Shown here: positions 30,351 through 46,100 of the stretch, piece by piece
Layout of the letters: the number at the start of each line of letters is the position of its first letter
Position numbering within the stretch: position 1 is the stretch's first letter
NCBI RefSeq assembly: GCF_009914755.1
Contig: NC_060939.1
Direction: 5' to 3' (one strand)
DNA length: 64,000 bases
Origin: the human T2T-CHM13v2.0 reference genome, Homo sapiens
The notes under the pieces: generated by a model
Told to the model about the DNA's origin: nothing
Seen by the model: only the letters and a program-made list of their open reading frames with translations
Databases searched by the model: none
Program-made: the position numbers and the translations under genes

Positions 30351-31296
30351 TCTAAAGCCAGCAACACAGGGACTTACGATGCCTTTTATCTTACAGTTGA
30401 GTCCATAAACGTCCTTTTTTTTTTTTTTTTTTTTTTTTTAAGGACGATTTTGGTGTGATCGTCTGTTCCTGTTCCTTGTGGCTGAAAGTATCCTAATACA
30501 AGCCTACACGGGTGTTTCTGATAATTAAGGTATTAAAAACCTCTAGTGGACATCTTTGCTAGCATTTCTTATTATACAAGCATCATTGTCTAATAGTGGC
30601 TGTAGCATTCCTTGTATGGCTCTAAGGAGTTGCTTCTGTTTAGACAGCAGGGATACCTGCTTGCATGCCCAGTGCTTGCAGACATGGCTTTTTCATGAAG
30701 GCTTTTCTTGTCCATGAGCCATGCTTGATTCTCATTGCATTTTCTTGAGTCCTTTGGTCATGAACTTTATTGTCTGACTGCTAAGCCCTGGCCTCCCTCT
30801 TCCCCATATGCAGTAGCTCTTTGCTTGTGTGCAAGTACCTTGGGCTAAGCATGTTTCAGGGTGGCAGGAATAGCAGAGGTAAAGGAGAGATGGGCTCTGT
30901 CATCAAGGTGAGTGAGCAGAAGAATCAAGGCACCTTTCTTGACTACAGCTGGGAATTGCAGTAAAACCAAAGGAGGACATTCTTGCAGAATTGTCAAAAT
31001 CAGAAACAGAAATTTACAAGGAAGTTGTTTCAGGAGATTTTTTTTTTTCCAGATGCAGCAGGCTTGCTGATTGAAAACATTTGGGTCTTGAAACCCAGGT
31101 TTTTACTCTGAGAACGAGAAATGTCAGAAAATCCCATAGTATGATCCTCTTTCCCACTTTATAGATGAGAAAACTAAATTATAGAGAGGCTAGAAAACGA
31201 GCCCAAGTCTATGCAGTGTTAGTAACACATGGAGGAACATAACCTGTTCTCCTGGCTAACCAAATATTTCCACCTCAAAGTGCTGCCTCCTATATA

Positions 31297-31591
<295 letters not shown>

Positions 31592-31671
31592 ACCTGCCTC
31601 CTATATTTATTTAGAGTTTATTCAAATAAATTCTACAACACCCCTTACCCAAGTGTTTTTATCTTTAGTTA

Positions 31672-32291
<620 letters not shown>

Positions 32292-32583
32292 TCATTCAGA
32301 CCCTTTCCTTTGCCAGGTGAGGCTGGATTAATGAGACAAGTGAATCCCTCAATTTTGAAATAAATTTGGCAGATTATCCCCAAGACATGCTGTGACTGTC
32401 ACCTACTCCTTACTTTTCTTTAGGAATGAAGTCATTACAGCCTGACAGTGAATGGTGGGTATTTCTGGGATGCTGTGGGAGGCATATGGATGATATTCTT
32501 TTCATTTGAATTATGTAAAATACCTCTCATTATTAATGGATGCCAACTGATCAGGTTTCTCCTGCTGATGGTTCTGTTGGATG

Positions 32584-32655
32584 TCTAGGATGTGTGTGTG
32601 TGTGCGTCTAGGATGTGTGTGTGTGTGCATGTGTGAGTGTGTTTGTGCGTGTGTT
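32584..32655. repeat. (TG)n-rich tract with duplicated tctaggatgtg head
   Basis: Directly visible. Confidence 0.85.
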
Positions 32656-34296
32656 TACTGGGTGGTCCTGGGTGGTGGCGAGGCAACTAGATGCTTCATG
32701 AGAAATATAATGAGACTGTTTATCTTTAGTTTCCATGTTCAGGGAAGTTGTCTGTTTCAAGTTAAAGGATAAATGCTCAGGTCAAGCTAATCCCAATCAT
32801 TTTCTTTTTTTTTTTTTTCTGGGGCATTCTATTTCAGTTCAATCATCATTCCTTTTGAATTCATTCTGTTTTACTAAAAAGAAAATGCTCACAACTCTTC
32901 AGTCCTTATTGGGGAAGGTTTTCCTCCAGGCATGAAGGGGGGCTAATGGTAAGGTGGTTGAAGTCGAAAGATCAGCACCATCTCACAGTCCAGAAGCACA
33001 GAGGGACAAGGAATGGCCTCCCTGGCTTTATCCTAACTCCTGAATAAACTTTTCTTAGGGTCTTTGTGTGTTTGTGTGAACTGGAATTCCAGCTCTGCCA
33101 TAGCCCCTGCCCCCAGAGCACAGGGAGAATGGAAAGGCAGTGAATGATAGAGCTGCTTCTTAGGGCAGATTCTGATTTCTTTCTGTGAAGGCTGCCCTGA
33201 AATTCAAAGAAGCATTATTATTTCATCCAATTTAAAACCCTGCCTGATGCTGAATGGGCAAGAACCTAATTTCACCTTTGGAGGCAAATGGGAAGCTTTT
33301 TGTGCTGAAAGAAAGAAGAAAAGAGGATTCTGGAGGATAATTGAATGAAAATCCCTTTAAGGTGCCAGAAAACTTCGCCCTTCCAAAAGGGATGAAACGA
33401 GGTCAAAATATATTTGTTAAAAGTGTGGGGCTTGAAAGCCTTAATTATTTCTTTGGAAAGTCGTGTCTTTTAAAGACTTAAACAAAAGCTTCAAGAAGGC
33501 AGGAGCTGGGAGAAATTGCCGATGGCTTTAGAGAAGGTGAAGCCCAAAGGAAAGCAATTACTGGTGAACAATGGTATATTAACAACGATTATTCTTCCAG
33601 ATTGGGGGACCCTACATTGGGGTTGGGATGTGATTTAGGAAGATTGCCTGGTGGTCCTGCCCAGGTCTTTGCCCAAGAAGATGCGGGATGGAGGAGTGAC
33701 ACGGTCAGACGTGACTGAACAGGCTGGAAGGGAAGCTAGGTTGGCTGATTAAGGAAGGGAAGAAATCATCCTTATTTCATATATTCTACAGAAAATATTA
33801 TTTCTCTTGGGGCAGAATGGTGGGCTGCTGTAGTGAATGCTGTCTGGATTTAGACAGATGGGTATTCTTAATCTCCAATCCCTCACTTACTAGCCTCAAC
33901 ACCTTAGGCACAGTCCTTTATCCTCCTCTTCCTCATCTGTAAAATGGGGAAAAAATTCCCTGCCACAGATGGTGAAAACTAAATCAGGCTATCCTGGGCC
34001 TGATACACAGCAGATGCTCCATAGGTGTGGGTTCTCTGGATCTCTTGTTCCTCCTCTGCTTGGTTTGATTTCTGGACAAGTTCCCTGTGGCATTTTAGGT
34101 GCTTGCTTTTGAATTTTCTGTGTCACAGTGAAGTTCACTCCCAGTGCTCCGTTTGGCCATCTGCTGTTGATTGCCAGGGGCAGTCACACTCTCTTCATCT
34201 GTTCCTTCAGACCCAGGGCTACCTCTGCACCAGCTCTCCTTGGGGGAGTTTCTAACTAGCAGAGGATCCAGAATCATTCCTAAGATTAACAAAATA

Positions 34297-34580
34297 GCTG
34301 GGCACAGTGGCTCATGCCTTTAATCCAAGGAGGAGGCCAAGGCGGGCAGATCACAAGGTCAAGAGATTGAGACCATCCTGGCCAACATGGTGAAACCCTG
34401 TCTCTACTAAAAATACAAAAAATTAGCTGGGTGTGGTGGTGCACACCTGTAGTCCCAGCTACTCAGGAGGCTGAGGCAGGAGAATCAAGAGGTGTAGGTT
34501 GCAGTGAGCCGCTATCGTGCTACTGCACTCCAGGCTGGCGACAGAGCAAGACTACATCTCAAAAAAAAAAAAAAAAAAAA
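34297..34580 (+). mobile_element. AluSc-like with small internal deletions
   Basis: aggtcaagagattgagaccatcctggccaac; perfect 15-bp TSD aagattaacaaaata. Confidence 0.92.
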
Positions 34581-35066
34581 AGATTAACAAAATATTGGAA
34601 AGAGCTTGCATTCCTGCTTCCTTCATGTTCGCTGAGTTGCAGGCAGTATTTCCCTCTGCCCTGCAGAGGAGGTGCAGGTGAATTGGTTAAAACAATCCAT
34701 TTTGCCCCTTTGGATTGTTTTGTGTCATGCAAACTTCCCCTTGACTGTTTCAGTTTGCATATTTATTCTGTTCTGAGATTCAACCAAGAGCTCTTCCTGG
34801 TTCCCAATCAATTGCTTTTCCTAGCAGGAACTGACAATCCAGCAGAAACCGCCCCTCAGTTCCTCCCCCACCTCCTGTCTTGATTGACATAACCCTCTCA
34901 GACCCCAAACCAGTGAAGTGTGTGGGGTCTCCTGGCCAACCTAACTGTAGATTAATAATGGACAGTCAGGTCTGTGGGTGGTGAGGAGTTGGGGAGTCCC
35001 TTCTCAAGGAGCCCAGAGACCTCTTTGGAAAGATTACCAAACCTTGTTAAAAACAGACATCCTTGG

Positions 35067-35380
<314 letters not shown>

Positions 35381-37344
35381 TTAGTGAATGTAAAGATTTC
35401 CCAAGGGTTTCAAAGAGTGGCCTGCCAGCCAGCTTTTGAGGAAACTGTTAATTCAGAGGCAGGAGCCTCTATCTGGTTTGCTGGTTGGGAAAAAGTTTCT
35501 ATAGCACTTGTAGGCTTTGCAGGCATTGGTCCTCTTTGTCTCCCCTTAGGAAGTCAAATAGAGTCTTTCTGGCAAGAATTGGGCAAGAAATAGCAACCGT
35601 TTCCTACTTTCTCAATTGGTCCAGTAAAGGGGGCTTCCTGGGTGATGTGATTTTTAGCTCATTTGGGGACGCTATGCACGTTATCAGAAATATGAACACA
35701 GAACTTGTCCTAGTGGATACGCTAGATTTCATAGTAATTAGGTGTTGGGCATTTTGACAGAGAGAAGAAAGGGTGTTAGAATAGTGGCAACAGCAGCTTG
35801 AATTTCTAATTATGTTTCCCCTTTTGGGGCCCAGGGGATACACGTCTTCAATTTCTTGCCTTATCCTTTTTTTCCTAAATTGGTAGAACTCAGTTCCTGA
35901 GGCAGATGGGAGCACTTTTTAAGAAGATGGAATTTTCTAACAACCAGAGCTATCTCAAAAGTCATAAGCTTCCTGCCCCTGGAAATGTGCAAGCCATGTC
36001 TGTCTGCAGAGCTGAAATTCTTGTGTTCTCAGGAGGCTGGGCAAATGCTAAGATGGAGGTTCTGAAATCTGATTACTGCACCAATCACCATGGGAGAGAG
36101 TTAGTGATATATCTACTCCCAGACCCGGAACTACACAGAATCAAGATCTATTAAGGTGGGGCCCGAGAATTTACATTGTTTAACCCTCTCCAGGTGAATC
36201 GCCCGTACATATTGCTCTAAATTCCCTTTTAATCTGAGATCCTAATAATACCAAATTTGGACTGAAACTAAAGCTTGGGCTAAAGCTTTCTAGGAATGCT
36301 CATCACCTGCGATGCTGGAACTGCTCTCTAGGTGAGCTCTGGGGTTTCCCTTGAGTGTGCAAGGCCCTTCTCCTTGCTCCCAGCCTTCTCCTCTTTTCTT
36401 TGTCTCCTCTTCCCTTTCTGCACTTTCTTTTCCTTGTCTCTCCTCCCTTTTGTCTCTCTAGGGTCAGTTTTTCTGCGTGTTTTCCTGACTAGGTCCCCAC
36501 TGCATTAGTGACATCAACCACCCCTGACCCTACACATCTGTAGGTGTGAAACTTTGTGTGCAGAATTTCCACGCAGCTCTCATCGGCCTGACCCCACCCA
36601 AGATAGCTGGGTAGCCCCTTGGGTGGAGACAAAAACCAGCCCAGTGGGAAAGGCTGCTGGGGTGGGCTGGCATGCATCTGAGGTTTCCTTTAAAGCTAGA
36701 GAGAAAAGGGCTAGCTTCTTTTTAGAAGTTCTCTTGAGCTCTAGTTGCTGTGTAAATCAGCGTAAAACACTCTAGAATCAGAAAGGCCGTGTGTGTTATT
36801 TTCTCCGAGAGCTTTAAATACAGGATGGTTTGGCCACAGACTTAGTCATAAAATGAAGGCTCCACAGAGGCTGACACAGGTGAACTTGAGTGCTGATCTG
36901 GGGCAGGAAATCAAGATACTTTGCTTTGTTGTTAGAAACAAATCCACTAATGTTATTTCCATTAACTAATCAATTACTTGATTAACTCATGTGTTCATCA
37001 TACACTTATTGAGTGCCTACTAAATGCCAAGTACCAGCTGAGGACTAGGAGGAGAGAGAAAACATCTGCTCTCAAAGATGCAAGCCTTGCAAAGGGGAAA
37101 AAAAAACAGATGAGCAGACAATTCCGAGGTGCAGAGAATGTGGAGATTGTATCACTGAATTCAAAAAGCACAGACCCTGACCAGTCTGGGGGTTGTGGTG
37201 GTGAGGACAGTTGTCTGTCTTAAAGCCAATCCTCAGGGCTTGGTCATGCACGGCACTGTCTGTGGCCCTTGCCTGAATGAACCATACATGACACAGCAAG
37301 GTCCCTACTCAAACAACAGCAGCAGCAACTTAGCAATTATATGA

Positions 37345-37677
<333 letters not shown>

Positions 37678-37935
37678 CCAAATGATGGATTTTTCTAAAA
37701 CAACACTGAGTAGCTGTGTGGTATTGTAAAAGGACCAGAGAATTTGAAGTTAGACCTATTTGACCTCTGCAAACTGAGGGGTCTTAGGAAATTCACTTTA
37801 TCTTCCTGTTGTCAATTGTCCTACCTGAGAAACAAGGATTCCTCAGGGTTGAAAGTCTAAGTAAAGGAAAGGAAAGGAAATTGCCTGGCGTGGGTGGTAC
37901 ATATGAGACACTCAAGAAAGGATGTTTACATTTTT

Positions 37936-38256
<321 letters not shown>

Positions 38257-38366
38257 CTAGATTGCATAAGCAGAACTGGCTTTGCCAAAAATTGAAATGG
38301 GAAATAAATTGGCACAGGCTGTCAATAATTCAACAAGTAAATTAAATTTAAAATCTGCATTTCCTG

Positions 38367-38830
<464 letters not shown>

Positions 38831-39711
38831 TCATGACAAGGTACATGTGAAAACAAGTCTTGGCATCAGTAAGGTCCCGTAAACTTAGAGTGTTATTGGT
38901 TACCATCAGCAGAACAATGGACAGGAAATGCATTTCTTTCTTTTTCTGTCATTTTACTCAATAAGAATTTGGAAGCTGCTCAGTAAAGGCTCCTGAGCAA
39001 TTTAGCTGTTGGTGTGGCCCTGCTAAAAACGAACCAAGCTGGCAAAGGATAGGGCTATACAATGTTCATGGCATTTTCATGGTTCTTCAAGGTGAAGTGA
39101 ATCGGGATTTGGTTGATTGTCTAGGAATGACAGTAATTTATGTTGACTGTTGTGTGGTTTCTGTGTGGCTGGGCTAACAGCACTCTCTGGGATGATGGGA
39201 CATAAGTGCGTAATGAATTGGTTGCCACACTAAACTCTACAGTGGAATGAAAACTCCCTGGTTGTCTGTCACACACCCAGGAGTGCAGGAGAAGAAGACC
39301 GGGAGAAGAGAGATAGGCAGAGATGATTTATCATTGCAATGTCATGGGGAGATTGGCATAAGCCTTTGGGTTCACTGAACTGGTCCACAGGAGAGAGCCA
39401 ACTTTTGAATTTACTCTTTTAGCACCATCTTTAATGAACGGGCTTTTAAGGGTTAGTGCCTTTGAGGGAGGAGTGCCACAGGTATCTATACGAAGGATGT
39501 GGATGTGGCAAGGGAATTGCCTTGGGCGTGTAGGATACACACAGGCTCACGTGGTAGAACAGTACTCGCTTCCAAGATGGCAGCTTGGGCTCTGTATTAA
39601 CTCTGATGGCATGTTGACAACAGGTCCTCATTCACTTCAGTGGGGCAAAAACAAGGGGCTCGGTTCCTAAAGTTACATAAAAACAAGAGCAGTGATACGG
39701 TGCAGTGAGTC

Positions 39712-40097
39712 TGCATTAGTTTGCTAGGGCTGCCATAACAAAATACCACGGACAGAGTGGCCTAACCAACAGAAGTTTATTTTCTCACGATTCTCGAGGC
39801 TGGGAGTCCAAGATGGGGGTGCGGGTGGGTCTGATTTCTCCTGAGGCCTCTCTCCTTGGTTTGCAGATGACCACCTTCTCACCGCATCTGCACACGGATT
39901 CTTCTCTGTGCACACACATTCCTGGTTGTCTGTTCCTCTTCTATAAGGACACAAGTCCCGTTGGATTATGAGTTGCACCCTTATGAGCTCATTTAAGCTT
40001 AATTGTATCTTTAAAGACCTTGTCTCTAAATGCAGTCACTTTGGAGATTAGAGCTTCAACATATGAATCTTGCAAGGACACAATTCAGCCCATAACA
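39712..40097 (-). mobile_element. MaLR solo LTR, MLT1A-like
   Basis: tgcattagtttgctagggctgccataacaaaatacc...cacaattcagcccataaca; TSD gagtc/gattc. Confidence 0.85.
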
Positions 40098-40384
40098 GAT
40101 TCTCAAAAGATTGTCTGCACAAAGGTTTCTCCAGTATGTGATAAGATTTTCTGTAGTTCATGACAAAATGAGCAGAATAGGTACCTGGCCCTTTCCTCAG
40201 TTGAGCTTAACTAACCCTAACCTCTCCCTACACTTCCATTTCTAATGACATACTTCCTCTAATAGATTTCTTTCTGCCAAAATTCAAATGTCCTGCACAC
40301 ACCAAGATTCAAATAGTCTATGTCTGCCAAACTCTTGTCATGCCTTCCTCATCCCTGCTCTCACACAGTGTAGGTAGGGAGAGA

Positions 40385-40483
40385 GCACACACACATGCAC
40401 AGACACATACACATGCACACATGCATGCACATACAGTATGCATGTACACATACGCACACGTACGCACATGCACACACACACAC
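40385..40483. repeat. Degenerate (CA)n / alternating purine-pyrimidine tract
   Basis: Directly visible. Confidence 0.85.
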
Positions 40484-42755
40484 TCCTTTCTCAGTAAGGG
40501 CAGTGACTTAGTTACCTCTTTTGGTGCCAACGCGTCTTTCTTTGAATGCTGGTGACAGTGGATGGCAGTGTCCGATTGTACATGAGGCTTCTCCCTAAGT
40601 GCTTTTAATGAGGCACCCAGAGGCTTCAGAGAAAAGAGGACTTTTTTAGGGTTCAGTGAGGCAGAGACATGGGGTTGGCATCACTACCAAGCTTCAGCCA
40701 TCAGAAGGAAGCCAACCTACGGTACCTGGCCTGAAGACTCTCATTTGGATTTGCCTAGGGTCCAGCACCCCCCAGGACCCATGGCTTGGTCTTCCAGAGA
40801 CAAAAGGCTGTGAGTAAAGACTGATACAGCTGTTTTCGCTAAAAAACTCAATAAGCTTTGGAGCACAATTGTGTTGTTTTGATATGTTTCCAGCAGCATT
40901 TTGCATGAAAAGAAGAGGGGACAATTTCTTTTACTTAGCCAACCAGGTGAAGGAGTTCAGTAGAGACGGTTCCACCCAGTGCAATTGGCAGTGATGGCTG
41001 GTAGGCCTGGTGGTCCCCAGCAGGGAATGCATCCACTATGGTGATGCAGGAAGCACTAGTACTGGGCAGGAGTGGTTCATCTGTGGTCAGTGGGTGCAGG
41101 GCAAGATCCAAGGGAAGTGGCCTGGCTTGCAGTGTTGGCTGCCCTTGGACACTCCTGAAGAGGTAAGGACGTTGTCAGCCATGTGCTTTATTAGGGGAGG
41201 ATACATGATAGGTTTCTTGGGCCTCCCTAAAACAGTTGGGTCAAGCTGGGAGTCCCCAGCATATCACGTTTGAGTAGGAAAAAATAGCTAAATATGGCCT
41301 GTTATTTTTGACATGTGCATATTTTATATGCAGGGCTTGTGTGGTCTTTGGAAAGTGATAGGTACAAAAGAATCACTTTCTCTCATCATCACTAATCTGG
41401 GGTTCATGGAGGAGGTGAGATTTCAGGAGTTTTTTGGATGATGGCAAAGCTGTATGGGCTAGCAGAAGAAAGGCATTCGGGACTCCAAGCGTGTTCTAGA
41501 GAGTGCAACCTTTTTCAGCCACACCTCTGCAGTCTCAAGCTCTGTGGTGATCCTGACTGCATTTCTCTGTATTGTTCATTTTGGAGTCCCTTAGAGATGA
41601 TTCAGTTAAAACGAGGACATCCTGTGTTCATCCTTGGTCTTTGGGGATTTGGTGGGTCAACAGGTAGAAGTTGTCACTCTTCTATTTCCCAGTGCTTGGG
41701 ATAGCGAATCACGAATATATTCACTCCTTCCGTGCCCTTTCCTGGGAAGCCATGGAGTTTCACACTAATAGCAGCTGCTGTCTGTCATTTCACCGTCACG
41801 TGGACAGTATCTTTAATTGAGACAGCTACCCAGTTGTCTTTTAGAATGAGGTTGAAGTCAAAGATTTCTGACTGTTTCTCTATTAAGAACCATTTCATTC
41901 AAGATTATTTGCCTGTTGGTCCTGTGTTTAGAAACGCTTTTGTTCGCTAAACACAGCAGTTGGCTAAGTAATCATTACTTTCCTTTTTATTTAGTAAATG
42001 ATGCGCTTATTCTCTGCAAGGCTCTGGTCTTTGTGATTTTGCCAGTGATCTCAGGTTGTGTCAATTCTGTGCTGGACCAAGGCAGAGAAATGTGATGATT
42101 CAGCCAGCCTGGGCCATCCCCTATGAGCCGGTGCATGGGTTTTATTAGCGTTTTTGGAATGCTGAAAGGACTTACGAGCATTGTCTTCCCTTTAAGGAGC
42201 TCTGAGGCCTTAGACCCACAGAATGGGAACCATTCCTTGAATGTTTTTGAAGTTGTTCTGCTGTGTGGTCTGAGTGAGGGAGAGGACAAAGAATAGAGAA
42301 GCATCTGTGTATCCCTTTTGGGGCCTGCCATGGTGGAGTACCTTCGTGGCATACTCGTGGCATCGCCAAAATATTTGGGGGCTTGGTTGGCACGCCTGCC
42401 GATCTTGGCCTTGAACCCACTTACAGTGCATGAGGGTACAGTGGCTGCTCCTTGTGTACAGACACGGGTCACTCTGTCCCTTCTCTACCAGGGACACTGT
42501 GAGCCGGGTGAGGGGCGAGGCAGATGGAGGAGGGAAAGAAGCAAAGTCAGGCGGGAGAGGCAGCAAGACAGGGCATGTGAGGAGCAAAGCCCCGAGCGGG
42601 TGCCAGGGAGAAAGAAGAAAGACTTTCATGCTGACATTGTTTTCAAATAATTGCAGTTACTGAGAAAGAAACCACAGCTGATGACAGCAAATTATTGAGC
42701 CGCTGAGATTCAGAAATGCGTGTAATGAGCGAAGAAAGCTGTGTGAGTCCACACC

Positions 42756-42850
42756 AGAGAGAGGGAGAGACAGAGAAAGGAGAGAAAGAAGTGGGGAGGG
42801 AGGGAGGAGAGAAGAGAGGGAGGGAGCGAGAGAGAGAGAGAGAGAGAGAG
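42756..42850. repeat. Polypurine (GA)n tract
   Basis: About 95 bp nearly all A/G, ending in pure GA repeats. Confidence 0.9.
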
Positions 42851-42964
42851 AATTCCAGTGGGGGAGGTACTTGCTACTGAAGTGTTCATCCTCCCTTGTG
42901 TTAGACCAGAGTGCTTATACCTTTTCTTTGCTTTTCTCTTCTACTTTTGGGAAAACAAATGTTA

Positions 42965-43183
42965 TATAAACGCCGGGCAAAGGGATGATTCATAACCCAG
43001 GTGGGTTGGAGCAGGACAGCAAGAGATTTCATCACACTACTCAGAACAGCATACAATTTAAAACTTAGGAATTATTTTTTTCCTGAAATTTTTCAGTTAA
43101 TATTTTTGGATTGCGGTTGACCGCAGGTGACTCAAACTACAGAAAGTGAAACCGTGTATAATGAAGAGATGGAGGACTACTAT
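42965..43183 (-). mobile_element. Tigger-family MITE, MER44-like, followed by TA-rich low-complexity sequence
   Basis: gagatttcatcacactactcagaac...gcggttgaccgcagg...ggactacta terminus. Confidence 0.7.
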
Positions 43184-46100
43184 ATATCTATAGATCTATA
43201 TCTATATCTATAGCTATACCTATGTATCTATCTATCTACACAATTACAGGACAAAATACATGGCTTGTGTTTCATGGTTTACACAGGTGATTTATTGCAG
43301 CTGTGACAATTCCAGTACATGTCCCGCAGTTGTGAAATTCCTGTTGTTTGCCTCCATGGCGGTTGGGAGGTGGGAGCACGTGTCCTCCCCAGCCTTGTTC
43401 CATGCCCCGCTCATTGCTTCTGTTTGTGGAAGAGCGGGGTGGCTTGTCAGGAACAAGCAGCTCCACTTCCTGGGTCACATGCAACACAGCCAATGACTCT
43501 CATACAGCAGGTGCCCTGATCGCTTGCTAGAGAGCTGCTGGATCCCCAATCTACTCCTTCTCTCAGGGCAGTGGCTGGCGCAGGGAATGCCTGGTCGGAA
43601 ACAAAGTGGAGAGAATGCAGAGTGGAGTGAGGAGCCCACTGATGCTTTCCTCCAGGCCCTGGAGAGCCTGGGGTCTGAAGAAGAGCACAGAGGCCCACGT
43701 GTGGTACCATAAAATTCTAGGAACGCTCCATCTGCACTGCAGGCCTGAGAATACCCAGTGTGACAGCGCTGAAAACATTCCTGGTTTACGCTTCTTAATA
43801 CCAGTCTGTAAAAATAACAGTCCAACTGCATGAGATCATGGGGAGTTTGTGTGGGGCCGTATGCTGTGGGCCGAGTCTGTGCTGACTGACATTTGGAGGC
43901 TTGCACTCTGGGGCTTGTTGGTTTGGGAAGGGGAAGGAATCAGAGGGTAGGAGTGGAACTAGGGAGTAGGAGTAGAAGAAAGAGAATGAGAAAAAGGATG
44001 AATAAGCCTATCTTAGCAGGAGATGTCCATCAGTTAAGGAGTAACAGGGAAGGGTGGATAACATTACCATTTATTGGGCATCTACCATGTAGCAGATAAT
44101 GTTTATATTTTTTCTTATTTTATCCTCTCTACAATTAACTAGCATTTTAAGCCCGGTTTTTCTCCAGTGGAGAAAACCATGTCATAGATATAGTAAGTAA
44201 TTTGACTGAAGGCTGTTAAGGAGGTAGAGACAATATTCAGCCTGAGGTTTTTCCCACCCCAGAGCCTTGGTGATTGTCATTATGCTGCAGGATTTTCACG
44301 TTAGGAAGAAGTCAGTTTCATCACGAGTGCACATCTCCAGCTGGAATTTATGTTGCTGTGCGGAGCTGCTTTAGCTGATTTTATTTGACTGAACTCAGCG
44401 GTTGTTTTAGGAGCCCTGGGATGAAGCTTTGCTCTCTCCTTTCCAGGCACGAGTGATTTGGGATGAGCCATATGCACAAACGTGATGGCTGTTGGGTCAG
44501 GTTGTTAGGGATGAGTGACCAGTGACCAGTGGTCAATTTCTTAGAAAACACTCTCAGCCTCTTAGAAAACACCCCTGAGGAGGGGGTAATCCAGATTCAA
44601 CTCTGAGGGACAGAAATGTCCCCACCATTCCCCAGGTTCACCATAGGAAGAAGGACCACTAGTATCATTTGTGGGGGCACCCCTTCACTTGGGCAAAATT
44701 CAAAGTAATTTAAAAACTTGATTCAGTTGCACCTCTGCTTTTCAATAAGAATATAGAAGCTACGGACTATCTTCTATTTCTCAGATGTTTGAGATGCGTG
44801 GTATATTTTAATTTTCACAACCTCACTGGGAAGGTGGAATTAACTCTGTTTTATGGAGGAAGAAACAGAGGCTCAGAGAGGATATTAGCTGCCCAGAACA
44901 AAACTATGATTCAGTTGTTGTTTTGAGGTTTAGACTCATTCATTCAGTCTGATTTTAGAGCTTTTTTTTCCCACTAATGTCTAGCGCATTTCCAGAGGGA
45001 CCAGGGAGGCTCCTGTCTCATTAGGCACACTGGGTATGCTCTGGTTAAAACAGGACCCAAGGTGGTATTTATTACCAACTTAATAAATTATGTTGAGAAT
45101 TTATTTAAAAGCCCTGTATAATCCAGCTGTTGAATGATACTGTTCCTTAAATGGAAAACAAAGATCTTTTCTCTCTCCATAGAAAGTGGCTCACATTTTT
45201 GCAAACAAAATTACATGTTTTATAACAGCTTTCTTGAGAGAATTCACACACCATTCAATTTACCCATTGAAAGTGTAAAATTCAATGTTTTTTACCGCAT
45301 TCATAAGGGTGTGCAACCCTCACCACCGCTAATGAATATTTTCATTTCTGCAACAAAATTACATTTTTAATCAGTTAAAATAAATTAACATTACATAAAA
45401 CTGAGAAAAAGAGGAGGATCTTTCCCGATTCTACTGGCTCCATTTAACGTTTATCATTATTGCCGCACTTTCCAGTCTTTATTTACCAGAGATGCAGTCA
45501 GCTAGTTCCAATCATCTGTGCGTATTGTTTTATGTCTGCTTTTTTAAGTTGACATTTTCCATATTGTTACTTTGCATTTTTAATGGCCCATAATATTCTC
45601 TCACATTGATGTGCGATAATTTACGAACCCACCACCTTTTGCTCAACCATTAGGGTTTTTTCTCTATCATAAATAATGTTGCAGTGAACATCTTTGCACA
45701 CGAAGCTTATTTCCCCTGTTGAATATATTTCACTGGGCTGTAGTCCCAAGAGTCGGCTTGCTGGGTTAAAGGGTATGAATGTTTTATATCCTTCTCTCCC
45801 CTCCCCCATGTTTATTTCCAGAGAGGTGATACAATTTCAAAAAAAAAAGATATAGCATACATATATATATTATATATAAAAAGTCATTTAATGTTACCAA
45901 GGTTTTGGGTTCATTATGTAAATCAGAGACAGGCAAAATCTGTGAGGTCAAACGTCACGCATTTCTTGAGAGCCAGGAACGATTGTCCTTTATGTGTCCC
46001 ACCTGGTGACTTAAATAAGTTTACCATTTTCCTTAGAAAATTATTCCCATGGAAAATGATTCCCTCAACCTCCTGACCTTTTGTTGGTTGCTGTCAGCCT

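Noticed and set aside
39753-39768. ACCACGGACAG REST-like motif
   Set aside because: Only the right half matches, and it derives from MLT1A sequence
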